Source: Candidatus Cloacimonadales bacterium (lineage in GTDB: Bacteria; Cloacimonadota; Cloacimonadia; Cloacimonadales; JAIOQZ01). Taken from it: a stretch of DNA of 64,000 bases. Of this stretch, positions 18,520-27,979 are shown piece after piece. Numbering within the stretch: the stretch's first letter is position 1; every line of letters begins with the position of its first letter. Below the pieces are notes generated by a model. That model was not told the origin of the DNA. It searched no databases and saw nothing but the letters and a program-made list of their open reading frames with translations. Where the stretch lies: assembly GCA_963665815.1 (NCBI GenBank), contig OY762463.1, positions 2,336,001 to 2,400,000 on the forward strand, written 5' to 3'. The translations under genes were made by a program, and so were the position numbers.

Positions 18520-20373
18520 ATGATTAACGAAAAAGGTAATATGGCAGCTGGAATAGTATTAGCAGTGATAGCTATTCTATCCGGAATGGTGCTTTCAGTT
18601 CTTGTTATGAGTGACAGAGTTTCACTTGAATACAGTGCAGAATCAATGCAGTCAGCACATTTTTTAAGAACATCTCTCGACAGAGGTTCTGCAATAATGA
18701 ATAACATTAATGATTTAGAAGATTTTGAGGGCATTTTTGAGAGGAAAATCGTTGCAGATAAATCAAAAAATAAGATATTCACATTGAAGTCTGAAATCAA
18801 ACAGGAAAATAAAGATGGGAATCCATCGTCATTTAATCTGTGTTCCTTTGTTGAGGCTAACAACGGCAGAAGAACAGGATTTCAGGATATTAATCCATCC
18901 GCAAAGTATGCTGAGCAGATTTATATGATAGAGAATCTGGCAACAATAGCTCTGTTTCACGACAACGAGATATCTGTGAATGAAGATCAGGTGAGAACCT
19001 GGGTTGGTTTCCAAGGATTCAAGAATGGTGGATATCATGCAAATTCAAGAATTAGAATAAACAATCCTCAACAGCATGCACATGATTATTTTGATGGTTA
19101 TGTAACTTCTGCAGGAAGTATATTATATAATAACGGAAATCCTGCTCCACTGGATGACCAATCTATTTTTCCGTATGGTGCATGTGATCATGTGGCTCAA
19201 AAAGTTCTACCTGAAAGAGCTGAGAAAATCAGAGACAATTCTGACTGGATAGATTTTAATCAGGAATTAACCTATATACAGGTGAATGACCATAATTATG
19301 CTATGTGTACTGCTCAGATAACGGATCTCCCTCCGGAAACGTTTACAGTTTACAACTTATATCCTCCATATGGTCCTGTTGGAGATTCTCTTTTCTCAAA
19401 TCAGATTGTGCTGAAAGACACAATATGGACAAGTCCAACCTTTCATTCAATTAATGATGAATCAATTTTCGTTGACTCTGATTTATGGATTCATGGCAGT
19501 TTCGGAGGAAAACAAACCTGGGGTTGCTCGGGGGACATGTATCTTGTTGGTGATATCATACTGGAAAACACAGTTGTTGGAGAGTCTCCTGATGGCTACA
19601 GAATTGATGAAGACGACTTTAACGGAAGTGTAAATACATCTGATTATGCAGGGCTTGCATCGGAAGGTAGAATTTTGATTAAATATGCTTATAAGAATCC
19701 CGTTGATTCACAGATTCACTGGGATAATTGTGGAGATGATAGTATTGAGGAATCAGGTATTTACATTTATGCAGCACTTGCAGCCCTTGGATCAGGAGAC
19801 GGCTGGGAAGACGGTAATTTTTCCTATGAGTATCAGTATCCTCATCCTTCTACCCCACATGCATATGACTGGATGAATACAGATGAAGATTTCCTGTATC
19901 CCGACCTTCATTTGGGAAGGTTTCCGGTGGATAACAGCTCTCATGGATGGCCCTGGCCGGCAAACTATTCAATTAGTGGAGGTTTCTGCTATCCTACAAC
20001 ATGGCAGGGAATGCCATGGAGAAATGCCGGTGCTCCTGACTATCCATGGTACAATCCGGTATATCCTTCACCTGTTGTTAAGTACGAAAGAGGATGTGTA
20101 CACTTGTTTGGTTCATTAGCACAAAGACGAATAGGTTTTTTACATAGATCCGGGAGTGATCCTATAGATTCCGGTCATTGGGATCTTGATGATCCTGCAC
20201 ATCCATGGTTTGGCCCTGGTACAAACTCTTCCGGATATGGTAAAAGGTACTATTATGACACTCGATTTAAAACAAGTCCACCAATAAATTTTCCTGATGT
20301 CAGATCAGAAACAGGTGATAGAATATTCAATAAACACAGAGTAAAACATAAACCGGTACCGGGGACAACTTAG
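18520..20373 (+). CDS. PilX/ComZ-like large minor pilin, paralogue 4
   Basis: EKG|NMAAGIVL signal; N- and C-termini closely match paralogue 3; GGAGGA RBS. Confidence 0.7.
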   Translation: MINEKGNMAAGIVLAVIAILSGMVLSVLVMSDRVSLEYSAESMQSAHFLRTSLDRGSAIMNNINDLEDFEGIFERKIVADKSKNKIFTLKSEIKQENKDGNPSSFNLCSFVEANNGRRTGFQDINPSAKYAEQIYMIENLATIALFHDNEISVNEDQVRTWVGFQGFKNGGYHANSRIRINNPQQHAHDYFDGYVTSAGSILYNNGNPAPLDDQSIFPYGACDHVAQKVLPERAEKIRDNSDWIDFNQELTYIQVNDHNYAMCTAQITDLPPETFTVYNLYPPYGPVGDSLFSNQIVLKDTIWTSPTFHSINDESIFVDSDLWIHGSFGGKQTWGCSGDMYLVGDIILENTVVGESPDGYRIDEDDFNGSVNTSDYAGLASEGRILIKYAYKNPVDSQIHWDNCGDDSIEESGIYIYAALAALGSGDGWEDGNFSYEYQYPHPSTPHAYDWMNTDEDFLYPDLHLGRFPVDNSSHGWPWPANYSISGGFCYPTTWQGMPWRNAGAPDYPWYNPVYPSPVVKYERGCVHLFGSLAQRRIGFLHRSGSDPIDSGHWDLDDPAHPWFGPGTNSSGYGKRYYYDTRFKTSPPINFPDVRSETGDRIFNKHRVKHKPVPGTT

Positions 20374-20969
20374 ATCTTATAATTTTTTACAATGTTTTGA
20401 AAATCAGCGAAGCTTTTATATTGGAATGTTTTCAGATTAACTTTTTCGGCTGTTTCAATATTTTCCTGTTTGTCATCAATAAACAAAATTTCTTCAGCTT
20501 CATATCCTGATTCTCCGATAAAATAATGATAATATTCAGCATCCGGTTTCATAGAGTGCATTTCATAGGACAGGAAATATTCATCGAAAATCATGATTTC
20601 CGGGAAGTTCTCTTCTATATAGCTGTAATGAAGTTCATTAGTATTAGAAACCATGATAAGCTTAACTTTATCTTTCACAGACAAAAGAAAATCGAAGTAA
20701 TCCGTATTAAGAGTGAATGATCCTGACCAGATATCCATAAAGTCCCTGTATGATATCCGTCCTTGTGCGATACTGCTGACTTCCTTCAGAAATACATCTG
20801 TCGATATTTTACCTGTTTCATATTGCCTTGCCAGACCTGATTTAAGGAACACATCAAGAACTTTTTCCGGAGTAAAATTAAGAATCTCAGCAAATTGTCT
20901 GATCATATTATCGCGATCAAAATCAATTATTACATTTCCTAAATCTGAAGCTATACATTTTATCTTCAT
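20370..20969 (-). CDS. HAD family phosphatase (YihX-like)
   Basis: DLGNVI motif I, SNTN motif II, KP motif III, FIDD motif IV. Confidence 0.9.
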   Translation of the reverse strand: MKIKCIASDLGNVIIDFDRDNMIRQFAEILNFTPEKVLDVFLKSGLARQYETGKISTDVFLKEVSSIAQGRISYRDFMDIWSGSFTLNTDYFDFLLSVKDKVKLIMVSNTNELHYSYIEENFPEIMIFDEYFLSYEMHSMKPDAEYYHYFIGESGYEAEEILFIDDKQENIETAEKVNLKTFQYKSFADFQNIVKNYKI

Positions 20970-21189
20970 ATTACAACCTTTTGCAAATTCATCATAACAA
21001 TGACTTTAGAGTTATCATGAGATTCACCTTGTTTTACTCAGTGCAATAGTACAATAATTCATTGTCATTCAATTATGTATGTAAATGCTTCTCACAATAA
21101 AATTTCAATTGCATAAAAACTCTGAGAGCTTATATTGTAAATGTATTTAATAATTACTTTTAACCGATAAAAAGCAATTTTGAGGAAGA

Positions 21190-22374
21190 ATGGAAAAACT
21201 TGGTTTTGGTGTCATAACTCGCAATATTGATTCAGTATCTCCATATCAGGAGTTTCTACAGAATGCAAATCGTTTTGATCATTCAATAAATACATTGATT
21301 ATCGCATATAACAATTCCTATGACGAGAATGTTCTGAATACTTTACGTAATTATTGCAATGTTTCAATATTGAAGGTGGGAAAGGCTGGCGACCTGCTTG
21401 GCAAGCTTGTCGAATCAGGCTTATCTGAAGAAGAAAGCTATTACTTGCTGGGGACACCGCATTGGAGACAGTATGGAAAAGCTGCATACTGCAAATCAAG
21501 AAATCATGTGTTGCTTCAGGCTTTGTTTGAAGATGTAGATATTTTGTTGAGTTTTGATACGGATGTTTTTCCCTGTATTGTTCAGAACCACATAGAAAAA
21601 GATATATATAAGTTTGATGAAATTGATTTTACAGGTCATCACCTGAATGTACTGTCATCTGAGAAAGATGCTGTTGTTTCTACCGGAGATTATACAGGAT
21701 ATTTCATTATTCCACATATGGATTTCTATCATCTGGACGATCTTCTTTTTGGTGTTCAGAAAGAGAGTTTTGAGCACTATATTCGAGAAGTACACACGCC
21801 TGTGATTCAACCGCATTATGGGGATAATATTTTTGTTACAAACAAAATTATCGGTGGAAACATGGCAATTGATATCAGAAAGTTCCGATATATTCCTCCT
21901 TTCTTCTCAGCTACAATGATTTACGATGATGAGTGTATGCTGGGAAGAGGTGAAGATACATTATTCGGGCCAATAATCAATCATAACGGTGGTAAATGCT
22001 ACAATGCAAATATAAAACTGTTTCACAATACATTTGGGAATTTCCCTGTTGCACCGGATATTCAGGAACCGAAGATAAAGAACAGATTTTACTATGCCTG
22101 TACAGGCTGGTTAATCAGAAATCCTTTTTACAACTGGCTTCACAAAGACTATATGGGAGAGAACCATGAGATTAATGATTCCAGACGATTAAAGAGACTT
22201 GTACTGGGATCAGAAGCTGCAGCAGAATACTTTCAGGATAAACGATTTCTGAATCTGCCGGATGTGTTTATGAAAGCAAGAGACAATCTTAACAATCAGA
22301 TAGAATGTTTTCACAAAGTTATGGATATCTGGGATAAGCTAAAAAGAAAACTTGGAAAACTAAAAACAAAATAA
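21190..22374 (+). CDS. Putative GT-A fold glycosyltransferase
   Basis: SRN..., FDTD (DxD), GGNMAI and RGEDT motifs shared with the next gene. Confidence 0.55.
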   Translation: MEKLGFGVITRNIDSVSPYQEFLQNANRFDHSINTLIIAYNNSYDENVLNTLRNYCNVSILKVGKAGDLLGKLVESGLSEEESYYLLGTPHWRQYGKAAYCKSRNHVLLQALFEDVDILLSFDTDVFPCIVQNHIEKDIYKFDEIDFTGHHLNVLSSEKDAVVSTGDYTGYFIIPHMDFYHLDDLLFGVQKESFEHYIREVHTPVIQPHYGDNIFVTNKIIGGNMAIDIRKFRYIPPFFSATMIYDDECMLGRGEDTLFGPIINHNGGKCYNANIKLFHNTFGNFPVAPDIQEPKIKNRFYYACTGWLIRNPFYNWLHKDYMGENHEINDSRRLKRLVLGSEAAAEYFQDKRFLNLPDVFMKARDNLNNQIECFHKVMDIWDKLKRKLGKLKTK

Positions 22375-22385
22375 ATGGAGAAGTT

Positions 22386-24125
22386 ATGAGAACTTATATG
22401 GTAATACCTACATACTGGTCGGGACCTGACGGAAGCTGGGAACAGGGAGACGCAATCTATGATCATCCTACTCCGGTAAATAAAATGGGTACCCTGAACA
22501 GAACTCTGGAATCTATACATAATCTCAATCATAAAGACTTTACTTTAGTAATACTGGGAGCTGTAACAAATCAGATTTATGAGAAGGCAATGAGAGAAAA
22601 CCTGATTCAAATTATTCGGAAAGCTAATCTACCGGTAGACACAATCCTGTTTACAGATACTTCTCTGAATAAGCTGAAAGAAGTGTTCTATAAAGATCTT
22701 GACGCTCCTGATATCCTACAACTCAGAGGATACTCTAACATAAGAAACATGTGTCTGTTCATTCCATATATTCTTGATGCCGAAGTTGCAATCCTGATCG
22801 ATGATGATGAAGTTTTTGAAGATCCTGATTTCTTGCTGAAATCACGTGAATTTATAGGTAAAAGATACTATGGAAACATGATTGACGGTGTAGCAGGTTA
22901 TTACCTGAATGAAGATAATCAATACTACGATAAAGTAAGTATTGTTCCCTGGATGACATACTGGGATCGTTTCGGGCACAAAAGAGAAGCTTTCGACAAA
23001 ATTATTGGTTCTGAACCAAGACTGAAGCGTACTCCATTTGCATTTGGAGGAGCTATGGTCATACACCGAAACCTTATGAGAACAGTCCCATTTGATCCTC
23101 TTATGACCCGTGGTGAAGATACAGATTATGTAATCAGCTCAAGGATTTTCGGATTCAATTTCTATCTCGACAATAAATTGTCTATTAAGCACCTGCCGCC
23201 CAAAAAGAACCATCCAGTCTGGAGAAGATTCCGGGAGGATATTTACAGGTTCCTTTATAACAAGTCAAAATTCGATAACCAGAAACCGCACAAAAATTTG
23301 CACATGGTAAAAGCTTCTGATTTTGATCCATACCCCGGGGAATTCATGAAGGATGACCTGGAAGACAAGATATTTAAAACGAATATCATGCTTGCTCTGG
23401 ATTATCTTACTGATAATGAGATAGAACATGCCAAAGAGACAATCAGGAACATCTATGTTGCCAAGTATGATGCTATCCCTCATTATGATACATTCGACAA
23501 ATATCTGGAGTTCCAGAAAACATGGAGAAAACATCTGGAGCATACAAAGTTATTCGGTTCAATTCTCAAGGATCTCATTACAATGGAAAAAATCGTCAGC
23601 CATGATGTTTTCGAAAACGAGAAGAAAAGCTTTTTTGAAGATGGTGGACTTGATCATGATTTTGCTATAGAGAACATAGAATTATTCAATGATTTCACCA
23701 AGAAAGAGATACGAAAGTTTTTGAAAACAAAGAATATAATTAAGTATAACAAAGGGGATACTGTCTTCAATTGCGGAGAAGTAAATGATGCTGTATATAT
23801 TATACTTGACGGAGTTGTCCAATTATTTAAAAATAAAGGAGACAATGAACCTGTTCTTATGCTTGAAATGTTCAGAGGTGAGCACTTCAATGAAACATCA
23901 ATTTTTGTTTCCGGAGAAAGAAATGTAACAGTGACAGCGAAAACAGATGCAGTATTGATGAAAATAGATAAAAAAGAGTTGCTGGCAATTTTTGATAAAG
24001 ATAAGACTCTGGCAACAAAAGTTTTGTGGAAGCTTGCCAAGAAACTTGGATCCAGGTTGTCGGAAACAACATCGATGTATGCGATATCAAGAAAACAGGA
24101 CTTTGACGTATCTGATACAATGTAA
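22386..24125 (+). CDS. GT-A (GT2-like) glycosyltransferase fused to a C-terminal cyclic-nucleotide-binding domain
   Basis: VIPTY, IRN, IDDDE, RGEDTDY; C-terminal GDTVF..GE..VYIILDGVV..GEHFNE...RNVTVTA pattern. Confidence 0.75.
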   Translation: MRTYMVIPTYWSGPDGSWEQGDAIYDHPTPVNKMGTLNRTLESIHNLNHKDFTLVILGAVTNQIYEKAMRENLIQIIRKANLPVDTILFTDTSLNKLKEVFYKDLDAPDILQLRGYSNIRNMCLFIPYILDAEVAILIDDDEVFEDPDFLLKSREFIGKRYYGNMIDGVAGYYLNEDNQYYDKVSIVPWMTYWDRFGHKREAFDKIIGSEPRLKRTPFAFGGAMVIHRNLMRTVPFDPLMTRGEDTDYVISSRIFGFNFYLDNKLSIKHLPPKKNHPVWRRFREDIYRFLYNKSKFDNQKPHKNLHMVKASDFDPYPGEFMKDDLEDKIFKTNIMLALDYLTDNEIEHAKETIRNIYVAKYDAIPHYDTFDKYLEFQKTWRKHLEHTKLFGSILKDLITMEKIVSHDVFENEKKSFFEDGGLDHDFAIENIELFNDFTKKEIRKFLKTKNIIKYNKGDTVFNCGEVNDAVYIILDGVVQLFKNKGDNEPVLMLEMFRGEHFNETSIFVSGERNVTVTAKTDAVLMKIDKKELLAIFDKDKTLATKVLWKLAKKLGSRLSETTSMYAISRKQDFDVSDTM

Positions 24126-24191
24126 CATTGTACCTACTTTCAGGTTGTTGTAAATGAGAGAAATGTTAAAATCAGGAATTCATTAAGGGAG

Positions 24192-25394
24192 TTGTATATG
24201 AAAGTATTGCTTGTTAATCACTTCCCACTTCAGGGATCAGGCAGTGGTATTTATACAATGAATATTGCTAAAGAGCTTCTCAATGAAGGACATAAGGTAT
24301 TTGTTATAGATATCGATAACCACATGGAAGTGAATGATAATTACGGATTCCTGAGAGAAACTATCATCTGCGATGCTGAGAAAAATCAGTTCCCGGATTT
24401 GAATTTTAATTTTCCCTGCTTCACTACTCATCCCAGAAGTACAATGACTTATTACGATCTGACTCCTGCGCAGATCAGGACTTATGTCTCAATATACTGC
24501 GAGAAAGTTCAGGCTGTCGTTCAGGATTTTCAGCCGGATATTATACATGCTCAGCACATCTGGGTTGCTCCCTTTGCAGCAGCAACAACCAGACTTCCTT
24601 TTATAATAACCGCTCATGGTACAGACCTGATGGGATTCAAAAAAGATGCACGATACCACCCTTATGCCATGGAAGGTATAAACAGAGCTTTCAAGGTAAT
24701 TACCATTTCCAAGCAGGTACATGAAGATGTGAAAGAACTGTACGGCGTTGGAGAAGATAAGCTTTTCCTGAATCCGAATGGTTTTGATGATTCCATATTC
24801 CATTTCAGACAGACTGACAAAAAAGCTATGATGAAAAAGTTCGGGATTCCGGATAAGTTTACCAAGATCGTCAGTTTTGTCGGAAAGTTTACAGATTTTA
24901 AAGGAATAGATGTCCTGATCAATGCTGCTGATGTTGTGAAAATGAAACACCCGGAAGTTGCTTTTGCTCTTGCCGGAGACGGTGGTCTCAGAAGCGATAT
25001 GGAAGAGCTTGTTCGTGAACTGAAACTGGATAATATTTTCTTCCTGGGGCACCAGAACCAGAACACAATTGCTGATTTATACAGTATTGCTGAACTTTCT
25101 GTAGTGCCATCCAGAGTTGAGCCTTTCGGGCTTGTAGCAATAGAAGCAATGGCTTGCGGAACACCTGTTGTAGCTACTAATGCCGGAGGTTTACCTGATT
25201 TTGTGCATGATAAAGTCGGACGTCTGGTAGAAATGAACGATATGCTCGGGCTGGCGTATGCTATTGTAGATGAACTGGAAGCCGGCACCAAGATAACCAA
25301 AGGAAGAGTAGCAGCTTTATCCGCAATTGAGAATTACTCATGGAGAAAGACACTGCAGAATGTTGTTAAGCTGTATGAAAATGCTTTGAAGTAA
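24192..25394 (+). CDS. Glycosyltransferase family 4 (GT-B)
   Basis: GSG start, TAHGTD, KGID and EPFGLVAIEAMACGTPV motifs. Confidence 0.92.
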   Translation: MYMKVLLVNHFPLQGSGSGIYTMNIAKELLNEGHKVFVIDIDNHMEVNDNYGFLRETIICDAEKNQFPDLNFNFPCFTTHPRSTMTYYDLTPAQIRTYVSIYCEKVQAVVQDFQPDIIHAQHIWVAPFAAATTRLPFIITAHGTDLMGFKKDARYHPYAMEGINRAFKVITISKQVHEDVKELYGVGEDKLFLNPNGFDDSIFHFRQTDKKAMMKKFGIPDKFTKIVSFVGKFTDFKGIDVLINAADVVKMKHPEVAFALAGDGGLRSDMEELVRELKLDNIFFLGHQNQNTIADLYSIAELSVVPSRVEPFGLVAIEAMACGTPVVATNAGGLPDFVHDKVGRLVEMNDMLGLAYAIVDELEAGTKITKGRVAALSAIENYSWRKTLQNVVKLYENALK

Positions 25395-25630
25395 AAAAAA
25401 GCAAAATAAACAATTTAAAATGGTAATACTGAAGAACTTTATTAGTTATATTTAATGAGTACTTATAAAATTAAACTGAGCAGATAAAGAAAATAAGTAC
25501 TGAAGAAAAAAAAATTGACAAAAAATCTTAAAATAATATATTTAACGATATAAAACTGAAATTTTAGAGTAAATCTCAATTATAGTTGAAAGACCCAACT
25601 AGCTCTAATGTCTCAATGTACACCCAACAA

Positions 25631-25657
25631 AAAAGAGCAGGCCCAACCTGCTCTTTT
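25631..25657. terminator. Bidirectional Rho-independent terminator
   Basis: AAAAGAGCAGG-CCCAA-CCTGCTCTTTT between convergent operons. Confidence 0.8.
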
Positions 25658-25979
25658 CTATTTTATACTCTTTCATTTCTTTTGCTTGTACGAGGAAGAT
25701 ATACTTTTACCAAGCAAGAAAAGTCTATTATGTTGTTGATAAGTTATGATAATATAATATCACTTCATTTTCTTTGGTGACAAAGAAAACGAAGCAAAAG
25801 AACAATTGTAATAGTTGATGAAATTGTAAATTTCATCGAAAAGTACTCCTTTTCAAAATGTATTTCCAGCAAGCTGGAACCATAAATCTCCCCTGAAATC
25901 CTTCAAAGGCTTCAGGATTTCTTAACGGGAAAATTCATTATACAGAGAAAAGGAGAAAATACAACAAAACCTGTCATTT

Positions 25980-26927
25980 CTATTCAATAACAAATTTATA
26001 AACAAGTCCTTCATCAATCATGGGAATCCAGGCTGCATTGCCAGTTAAATCCCAATTATAATAGATCAGAGATTTCTTCTCTCCCATATCGAGATACCAC
26101 TTTCTTTGTACTTTGTTGTTTTTGTAATAGTATAAATAGCTGATTTCCCGCTTATTATCCCAATTATATGTTATGGGTTGTACAAATCCTTCTTTATACT
26201 GGTAAGGTTTTCCATAAATCGTGGTTGTGGCATCTTCTATGATTTCTGGGGTTTCTAAACTTTGATTGAGTATTTTCCCTGTGTTATCTATAAGAACCTT
26301 ATATGGAGCAAACCTCATTGCAACCAGAAGATTGTCATCTATTGTATTGAAGCTGTACCATCTGTTAAGCTTATTATTATCTTCGTATTTTAATCCATAG
26401 GTTTCCGAAGCCCACCCATGTACATCAAAAATATCTTTCAACGAATCACCTTCAATAATAAATATTTTTGAACCGGGAGCAACAGGGAACCTTGAACCAT
26501 AGAGTGTATTTATACCACCCTCAATGAAAAAAGCAAGATCAGACTTGAATAATCTTTTATATTCTCCGTCTGTATTGAATACAGATATTCTGCTGTTATA
26601 ATTATCTGCGATATATAGTTGATTTTTAAATACTTCAATATCAGCAAACTTGGCAAATTCACCCGGACCCTTTCCTCTCTTTCCAAATTTGTACCGAAAA
26701 TCAAGACTCTCTTCATCAAAAACAAGTATTTCAAAACTTCCTGCATTTCCGGCAAACAGTTTTCCATCGTGATTTTCAATATTACCAATAAACTTGAAGA
26801 AAAAATCCTCACTTTCCTGCCAACCGAGAGAGTCAACCGGAGAGAGTGTTGTTAGTTTTGAGTTGCTTCTTGAGCAACTGACAGTCAAAAGTAATATTAT
26901 TGTTATTAGTAGTATTGTTTTTTTCAT
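25980..26927 (-). CDS. NHL/6-bladed beta-propeller lipoprotein
   Basis: Lipobox TVSC; FGKRGKGPGEF; LYIADNYNSRISVF NHL-like repeat. Confidence 0.75.
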   Translation of the reverse strand: MKKTILLITIILLLTVSCSRSNSKLTTLSPVDSLGWQESEDFFFKFIGNIENHDGKLFAGNAGSFEILVFDEESLDFRYKFGKRGKGPGEFAKFADIEVFKNQLYIADNYNSRISVFNTDGEYKRLFKSDLAFFIEGGINTLYGSRFPVAPGSKIFIIEGDSLKDIFDVHGWASETYGLKYEDNNKLNRWYSFNTIDDNLLVAMRFAPYKVLIDNTGKILNQSLETPEIIEDATTTIYGKPYQYKEGFVQPITYNWDNKREISYLYYYKNNKVQRKWYLDMGEKKSLIYYNWDLTGNAAWIPMIDEGLVYKFVIE

Positions 26928-27970
26928 AATTCCACCTCCAACAACTCCAGTCCGGATGTAGCCATATCTTCCAGAAGCCGCATCATTATTTTGTTATCTG
27001 AGCAATAAACTGCATTGGCTTTTTCAGAAACCAGGACTGATCCTTTATATTTACCGTTAAGATCAAAGAAATGCAATACGTCGTTTTCTATATTGTAAGG
27101 AGCAAGGACTATAAAGCTGTCCTCAGTAAAATCGACATCTGCAAACCCAAAGAAATATTTGGGAATATCACTGAATCGCCAGTTAGAGTTACCTGATTTG
27201 ACTTGTTTACTCCATTCTTCCAGATCATTAATTGATTTCTCATTCCTGTTAATCTTCTTTATAGGCTGATCAATCACTACCTTCTTTTCACCATCTGTGT
27301 TTACAGAATATATCTTAATTCTGTCATTCTCTTTGTCGGATATATACAGCATCCCGTTAAGTCTGTTAAACTTATAATAATAGTCAGGATAGAACGAGTA
27401 GTAAAACTGATCATAAATCTCATCGTAAATCGTGTAGATATTTTTAACTATATTCAAATCTTTGTCAATTTCGTTGAATTCGGTTTTCTGGTTGTAGTGA
27501 TCCTCTTTTTTATAGAACATGTTTTCCACTGAATACAGATGGTTGTCATACTCAAAGATATCAAATCTGTTAAGAACGGAATCTCGATTTATTTTTACAT
27601 TTCTGAGAAATTCTCCTTTCTTGTTGAATACTACCAGGCATTTCTTCTGTCTGTCTACAATGCAGTATTCATTATCCGTTATACAGAATTTATTGAATAC
27701 TGATATTTCTCCGGGACCTTCTCCTTTTTTGCCAAACTTGCAGATAACATTCCCTTCAGTGTCAAGAACAGTAACATAATTCTCAATGCCATTTGTAACT
27801 ATCAGTTTATCATTATCATAATGACAACTATGAAACAGACCCGAAGTTTCCTCATTCAGATATAGTATTCTCTTAAGGTTAATATTGAATTCAGGCTGCA
27901 GGTCATTTTTTTTACTCGTACAGGAAAGTAAAAGAAGAGAAATAAGTATAAGTATAATAATTTTTTTCAT
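26924..27970 (-). CDS. 6-bladed beta-propeller lipoprotein
   Basis: Lipobox LLSC; FGKKGEGPGEI; repeated VFxxxGxF blades. Confidence 0.75.
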   Translation of the reverse strand: MKKIIILILISLLLLSCTSKKNDLQPEFNINLKRILYLNEETSGLFHSCHYDNDKLIVTNGIENYVTVLDTEGNVICKFGKKGEGPGEISVFNKFCITDNEYCIVDRQKKCLVVFNKKGEFLRNVKINRDSVLNRFDIFEYDNHLYSVENMFYKKEDHYNQKTEFNEIDKDLNIVKNIYTIYDEIYDQFYYSFYPDYYYKFNRLNGMLYISDKENDRIKIYSVNTDGEKKVVIDQPIKKINRNEKSINDLEEWSKQVKSGNSNWRFSDIPKYFFGFADVDFTEDSFIVLAPYNIENDVLHFFDLNGKYKGSVLVSEKANAVYCSDNKIMMRLLEDMATSGLELLEVEL

Positions 27971-27979
27971 AATTCCTCC

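Noticed and set aside
11041-20373. Diversity-generating retroelement or shufflon behind the pilin repeats
   Set aside because: No reverse transcriptase or recombinase in the window, differences are not adenine-specific, and all copies are full-length and in the same orientation.
22839-22854. TCACGTGA core as a second parS
   Set aside because: The flanking arms do not match TGTT/AACA.
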